Below are positions 59,956 through 64,000 of a stretch of DNA of 64,000 nucleotides, one piece after another. Origin of the DNA: Actinomycetota bacterium. Lineage in GTDB: Bacteria > Actinomycetota > Acidimicrobiia > IMCC26256 > DASPTH01. A model generated the notes under the pieces. The model made no database searches and was not told the origin of the DNA. It was given only the letters and a program-made list of their open reading frames with translations. The stretch covers positions 21-64,020 of the forward strand of contig JBKPCV010000054.1 in NCBI GenBank assembly GCA_046727575.1, given 5' to 3'. Each line of letters starts with the position of its first letter. Within the stretch, counting starts at the first letter, position 1. The position numbers and the translations under genes are program-made.

Positions 59956-60395
59956 GCTTCGGCTCCCAACAAGGCGGTGGCGGCCTCGATCGCGAGGCGG
60001 TACCCCGCCCGCCCGAGGCCCATGATCGACCCCGTGACCACGGCCGCGATCACGGAGTGGCGCCGCCATTCCTCGCGCGCCGCGGTGTTCGACACGTGCA
60101 ACTCGATCTTCACGCCGTCGTAAGTCTCGAGCGCGTCCGCGATGGCGTAGCTCGAGTGCCCGAGGGCTCCCGGGTTGATGACGATGGCGTCGCAACGGTT
60201 GCGGGCGTCGTGGATCGCGTCCACCAGGTCGCCCTCGTGGTTGGACTGGACGTGCTCGAGGTCGTAGCCGTGTTCCGACGCGGCCTTCCGAGCGTCCCCC
60301 ACCATGTCGTCGAGGGTCGCGGTGCCATACACCGCCGGGTCGCGCTGCCCGAACAGGTTCAAGTTCGGGCCCGACAGCAGAAGGATGGTTGGCAT
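59952..60395 (-). CDS. aroQ: type II 3-dehydroquinate dehydratase
   Basis: ILLLSGPNLNLFGQRDPAVYG..QSNHEG..INPGALGHSSYA. Confidence 0.95.
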   Translation of the reverse strand: MPTILLLSGPNLNLFGQRDPAVYGTATLDDMVGDARKAASEHGYDLEHVQSNHEGDLVDAIHDARNRCDAIVINPGALGHSSYAIADALETYDGVKIELHVSNTAAREEWRRHSVIAAVVTGSIMGLGRAGYRLAIEAATALLGAEA

Positions 60396-60402
60396 GTGAT
60401 CC

Positions 60403-61482
60403 TCAGCTTTCCACGCCGACGGCCGCGAACGCGACGTCCAGCGTGCGGGGATCGGGGTCGTGGACGGTCTCGAGACCCGCGGCGGCGGGCAACACGAACG
60501 TGAGGCCGCCCTCCGATTTCTTGTCGCGCCGCATCACCCCGAGGAGCGTGGCCGCGTCCACATCACCCGGAACCCGGGTCGGGAGGCCGAGCGCCTCGAC
60601 GGTCGAGCGGTGACGCTCGACGGTGGCTTGGTCGAGCCGTCCGAGCGCGCCGGCGAGCACGCCGGCGAAGACGAGCCCGACCGCGACCGCCTCGCCGTGC
60701 AGCAGCTCGTAGCCGCCGGCGGTCTCGAGCGCGTGCGCCAACGTATGGCCGTAGTTGAGGGACGCACGGACGCCAGTGCGCTCTTCCGGGTCGGCGACGA
60801 CCACCGCGGCCTTCATTCGCACGCACGCCGCGACCAGCGCGGTCAGCGTCGTCGCGTCGCGCGCGAGCACTTGTGCGGATCGGTCACCGACGATGGCGGC
60901 CACCGATTCTCCTCCGGGCATCAGCGCGTACTTCGCGACCTCGCCGAGGCCGGCGCGGTACTCACGAGGAGGCAGGGTCGTCAGCGTGGTGACGTCGGCG
61001 AGCACCCCGACCGGCTGGTGGAACGCGCCGACGAGGTTCTTGCCCTCGGGCAGGTTCACGGCGGTCTTGCCGCCAATCGCGGCGTCGACCTGCGCCAGCA
61101 GCGTGGTGGGCGCCTGCACCACCGCGATGCCGCGGTGGTAGATCGCGGCAGCGAAGCCCGCGGTGTCGCCGACGACGCCACCACCGAGTGCCACGATGGC
61201 GTCGCCACGGAGCAGCCCCCATTGCGCGAGCCGGGAGCACAGCTCGTCGACCGTCGCGAGCGTCTTCGCTTCCTCCCCGTCGCCGATCAGGAAGACGTCG
61301 GTCTCGGCGCCGGCGGCGTGGAGCGCGGCCGTCAGCGGCGGCGCGTGCCAGTCGGCCACGCCGGGCTGGCTGACCACCGCAACCTTGCGGCGCCCGCGCA
61401 CGACGTCGCCGACTCCGCCGAGCGCGCCCTCCCCGACGACGACGTCGTAGGGCTCGGCGAGCGCGACCGTCACCCGCTCCAC
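60403..61482 (-). CDS. aroB: 3-dehydroquinate synthase
   Basis: GGGVVGDTAGFAAA.., AIGGKTAVN, NYGHTLAHALE. Confidence 0.95.
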   Translation of the reverse strand: MERVTVALAEPYDVVVGEGALGGVGDVVRGRRKVAVVSQPGVADWHAPPLTAALHAAGAETDVFLIGDGEEAKTLATVDELCSRLAQWGLLRGDAIVALGGGVVGDTAGFAAAIYHRGIAVVQAPTTLLAQVDAAIGGKTAVNLPEGKNLVGAFHQPVGVLADVTTLTTLPPREYRAGLGEVAKYALMPGGESVAAIVGDRSAQVLARDATTLTALVAACVRMKAAVVVADPEERTGVRASLNYGHTLAHALETAGGYELLHGEAVAVGLVFAGVLAGALGRLDQATVERHRSTVEALGLPTRVPGDVDAATLLGVMRRDKKSEGGLTFVLPAAAGLETVHDPDPRTLDVAFAAVGVES

Positions 61483-61994
61483 GACTCGAACTCCTCGATC
61501 ACTCGGTACGCGACGTCGTCGACCGAGAGCGCGTCGGTGTCGACCGTGACATCGGCCGCCGCTTCGTAGGCCGGCGCGCGGGTGTCACCCAGCCGCGTGA
61601 GCGTGACGGTGCGGTCACCACCGGCCAGGAGCGGGCGCGAGTCGTCACCCGTCAGGCGCGACGCGAGCACGGCAGGTGGCGCGTCGAGCCACACGACCAA
61701 GCCGGCACCGCGCAGTACGCGACGGTTGTCAGGATCCAGGACCGCGCCGCCACCGCACGCGATGACGAGGGGCTCCGGCGACGAGGCGGCGTCCGCGACC
61801 GCGACGCGCTCTCGCGCGCGAAAGCCCGATTCGCCCTCCGCCGCCCACAGTTCGGCGAACGGGACGCCGGCCGCAGCTACGACGAGCTCGTCGGTGTCGA
61901 CGAGCGGCCGGCCGAGCAGCTCGGCGCACCGATGCCCCACGGTGGTCTTGCCCGCGCCCATCAGGCCGACCAGTACGAGGTGTCTCCCCCGCAC
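61470..61994 (-). CDS. aroK: shikimate kinase
   Basis: LVGLMGAGKTTVG..LVDTD. Confidence 0.93.
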   Translation of the reverse strand: MRGRHLVLVGLMGAGKTTVGHRCAELLGRPLVDTDELVVAAAGVPFAELWAAEGESGFRARERVAVADAASSPEPLVIACGGGAVLDPDNRRVLRGAGLVVWLDAPPAVLASRLTGDDSRPLLAGGDRTVTLTRLGDTRAPAYEAAADVTVDTDALSVDDVAYRVIEEFESWSG

Positions 61995-61998
61995 GCGT

Positions 61999-63153
61999 CT
62001 AATGCAACGACGCGGCGTAGGCCGCGTAGTTGCGCGTCAGCTCGGCCATCGAGTCGCCGCCGAACTTGCGGGTCGCCTCCTGAGCGAGCACCAGCGCGAC
62101 CATCGTCTCCGCCACGACACCCGCGGCCGGCACCGCGGTGACGTCGGTGCGTTCCTTGAAGGAGACGGTCTCTACCTTCGTTTCGACATCGACGGTGCGC
62201 AACACCGGACGGTTCAACGTGGATAGCGGTTTCATCGCCACCCGCGCCACCAGGAGGCCACCCGTCGTCATGCCACCTTCGGTGCCACCGGCCCGTGTCG
62301 AAGTGCGGACGTACTCGTCGGCGTCGGCGTCCCAGACGATCTCGTCGTGCGCGACGCTCCCGCGCTTGCCCGCGATCTCGAACCCGTCGCCGATCTCGAC
62401 GCCCTTCATCGCCTGGATGCTCATGAGCGCCTGCGCGAGGAGGCCGTCGATCTTGCGGTCCCAGTGCACGTGCGAACCGAGACCCGGCGGGACGCCGTAG
62501 CCGAGCACTTCGACGACACCGCCGAGCGAGTCGCCCACCTTGGCGGCCGCTTCCACCTCGGCGATCATCGCCGCCTCGGCGACGGGGTCGAAGCACCGCA
62601 CCGGTGACTCGTCGACCATCGGGAGATCGGAGGGGGTCGGGCGCACCTCCGTGCTCGCCCGCGCCGCGCCCATCTGGATCACGTGGCTGATCACCTGGGT
62701 GCCGAGCTCGGCGAGCAGGAGCTTCGCGAGCGTCCCGGCGGCAACGCGGGCCGCAGTCTCACGCGCGCTGGCGCGTTCGAGGACGTTGCGGGCGTCGTCG
62801 AAGCCGTACTTCTGCATGCCGACGAGGTCGGCGTGCCCGGGCCGCGGTTGGTGCAGCGGCTTCTCCGTGACGCCGGGCGCCGGCGACATCTCGTCCTGCC
62901 ACTTCGGCCATTCGGTGTTGTGGATCACGATCGACACGGGCGAGCCGAGCGTGACACCGTGCCGGATCCCGCCGAGGATCTCGACGTCGTCGCGCTCGAA
63001 GCGCATGCGCGGGCCACGGCCGAACCCGAGCCGACGGCGCGCGAGCTCGTCGCCGAGCTGCTCACTGGTCACGCGCAGACCGGCCGGGAGCCCCTCCACG
63101 ACGAGCGCGAGCGCGGGCCCGTGCGACTCTCCCGCGGTCAGGTACCGCAACAC
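61999..63153 (-). CDS. aroC: chorismate synthase
   Basis: [30 protein letters not shown]. Confidence 0.96.
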   Translation of the reverse strand: MLRYLTAGESHGPALALVVEGLPAGLRVTSEQLGDELARRRLGFGRGPRMRFERDDVEILGGIRHGVTLGSPVSIVIHNTEWPKWQDEMSPAPGVTEKPLHQPRPGHADLVGMQKYGFDDARNVLERASARETAARVAAGTLAKLLLAELGTQVISHVIQMGAARASTEVRPTPSDLPMVDESPVRCFDPVAEAAMIAEVEAAAKVGDSLGGVVEVLGYGVPPGLGSHVHWDRKIDGLLAQALMSIQAMKGVEIGDGFEIAGKRGSVAHDEIVWDADADEYVRTSTRAGGTEGGMTTGGLLVARVAMKPLSTLNRPVLRTVDVETKVETVSFKERTDVTAVPAAGVVAETMVALVLAQEATRKFGGDSMAELTRNYAAYAASLH

Positions 63154-63157
63154 GGAG

Positions 63158-63192
63158 TCAGGATACCGGCATCAATCTGTTCGCTCGCGATC
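63158..63192. repeat. degenerate hairpin-repeat fragment upstream of aroC
   Basis: tcaggataccggcatcaatctgttcgctcgcga aligns with ccgggatacgccatcgtcatggttcgctcc at 24711-24740. Confidence 0.35.
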
Positions 63193-63207
63193 CATTGCCG
63201 CTGACCA

Positions 63208-63903
63208 CTATCCACCGCGGTACCACGTGATGAGCGTGGCGCCGATGAGGATCGCGGTGAGCGCGCCAGCGGCGAGGAACGGCCCGAACGGCAGCGGCTC
63301 GCTGCGTTGACGGACGTGCAGCACGATCAACGCGACACCGACGAGCGCTCCGTACAGGAAGCCCAGGAAGAACCCGAGCAGGAGCTCATCCCACCCGAGC
63401 CAGCCGAGCGACAGTCCGAGCACGAACGCGAGCTTCACGTCGCCGAAGCCCATACTCCGCGGCGAGACGAGGTGCAGGACGAAGAAGACCGCGAACGCGA
63501 CCACCCCGCACACGAGCCCGCGTGCGAGCGCTCCGAAGTCGTCGTCGCCGAGTGATGCCACGGCGAGGAGCGCGACCATCGCGAGGGCGAGCGGGTACAC
63601 GATTCGATTCGGGAGGATGTAGTGCTGGAGGTCGATCGCGGAGAGCGCGACCAGAGCGGCTGCGAGCACGAGATAGGCAGGGAGCGCCCATGACCCGTCG
63701 AAGCGCGCGGCCAACCCGCCGAACAACACACCGCACACGGCGCTCACCACTGCTCGTCCCGTGTCCGAGGACGGCGCGATCGATTCGTCGTCGACCGGCC
63801 CCGAGACGGGTTGCCGGTGCGGCACGCGCGTGATCACCGGATCCAGCAGCCATCCCACCGCGAGGCCGACCGCGCCCAGCGCGAACGCCAGCGTCGCGGT
63901 CAC
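63208..63903 (-). CDS. prepilin peptidase (A24 family)
   Basis: Polytopic membrane protein with ILPNRIVYP and MGFGDVKL motifs. GTG 63903 forms a GTGA overlap with the upstream stop (the ORF-track start is 63966). Confidence 0.8.
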   Translation of the reverse strand: MTATLAFALGAVGLAVGWLLDPVITRVPHRQPVSGPVDDESIAPSSDTGRAVVSAVCGVLFGGLAARFDGSWALPAYLVLAAALVALSAIDLQHYILPNRIVYPLALAMVALLAVASLGDDDFGALARGLVCGVVAFAVFFVLHLVSPRSMGFGDVKLAFVLGLSLGWLGWDELLLGFFLGFLYGALVGVALIVLHVRQRSEPLPFGPFLAAGALTAILIGATLITWYRGG

Positions 63904-64000
63904 GAGCCGGGTTGGCGTGATGCTGCGGCGCGCATGGCCTCGAGCGGCGCGTCGACGCCCGTCCACAGCTCGAACGCCAGCGCGGCCTGGTGCACGAGCA
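63900..64000 (-). CDS. aroE: shikimate dehydrogenase, C-terminal fragment (partial at window end)
   Basis: The minus strand encodes LVHQAALAFELWTGVDAPLEAMRAAAASRQPGS then a stop, the typical AroE C-terminus. Position upstream of the aro genes fits. Confidence 0.55.
   Translation of the reverse strand, partial: LVHQAALAFELWTGVDAPLEAMRAAASRQPGS

Overview
High-GC (~70%) chromosomal core region with actinobacterial gene order, almost all of it transcribed on the minus strand. It opens with the 5' ~396 nt of a 16S rRNA gene (minus strand). The housekeeping blocks then run: tyrS, mpg, the arginine cluster argC-J-B-D-F-R-G-H, a TetR/MFS pair, pheS-pheT, infC-rpmI-rplT, a GH15 glycosidase, hisG with the riboflavin operon ribD-E-BA-H, an ADH and an amidohydrolase, mog-rpe, rsmB-fmt-def, priA-metK-coaBC-rpoZ-gmk-mIHF, the pyrimidine operon pyrR-B-C-carA-carB-pyrD-pyrF, a small plus-strand island (frameshifted NTF2/ABM-like gene, CoxL-like molybdoenzyme subunit, acetoacetyl-CoA synthetase), an AAA+ ATPase, a frameshifted SDR, clpS-nusB-efp-pepP and aroQ-B-K-C. 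I see no CRISPR array, IS element, prophage, tRNA or recognisable defence or secondary-metabolite cluster. The most unusual signal is non-genic. It is a family of ~45-55 bp GC-rich hairpin repeats (CTCGCT-GC-arm-NTA-arm-GC-N3-CGCTCG), with at least 8 full and ~4 degenerate copies. They sit at operon junctions and 3' ends. One copy is in frame inside argG and one is read through as the C-terminal tail of ribE, which resembles REP, MIRU or RPE behaviour. Lesser observations: duplicated gene junctions (argJ/argB, pheS/pheT, ribD 3' end), a non-canonical infC start behind two overlapping mini-ORFs, a PyrR-box, a candidate leaderless argC promoter with a palindromic operator, a perfect 13-bp inverted repeat between pyrC and carA, and three apparent frameshift or odd-start genes (gmk, SDR, NTF2/ABM). 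CDS coordinates are anchored to the ORF-track frames. Non-coding coordinates were indexed by hand and may be off by 1-2 nt.
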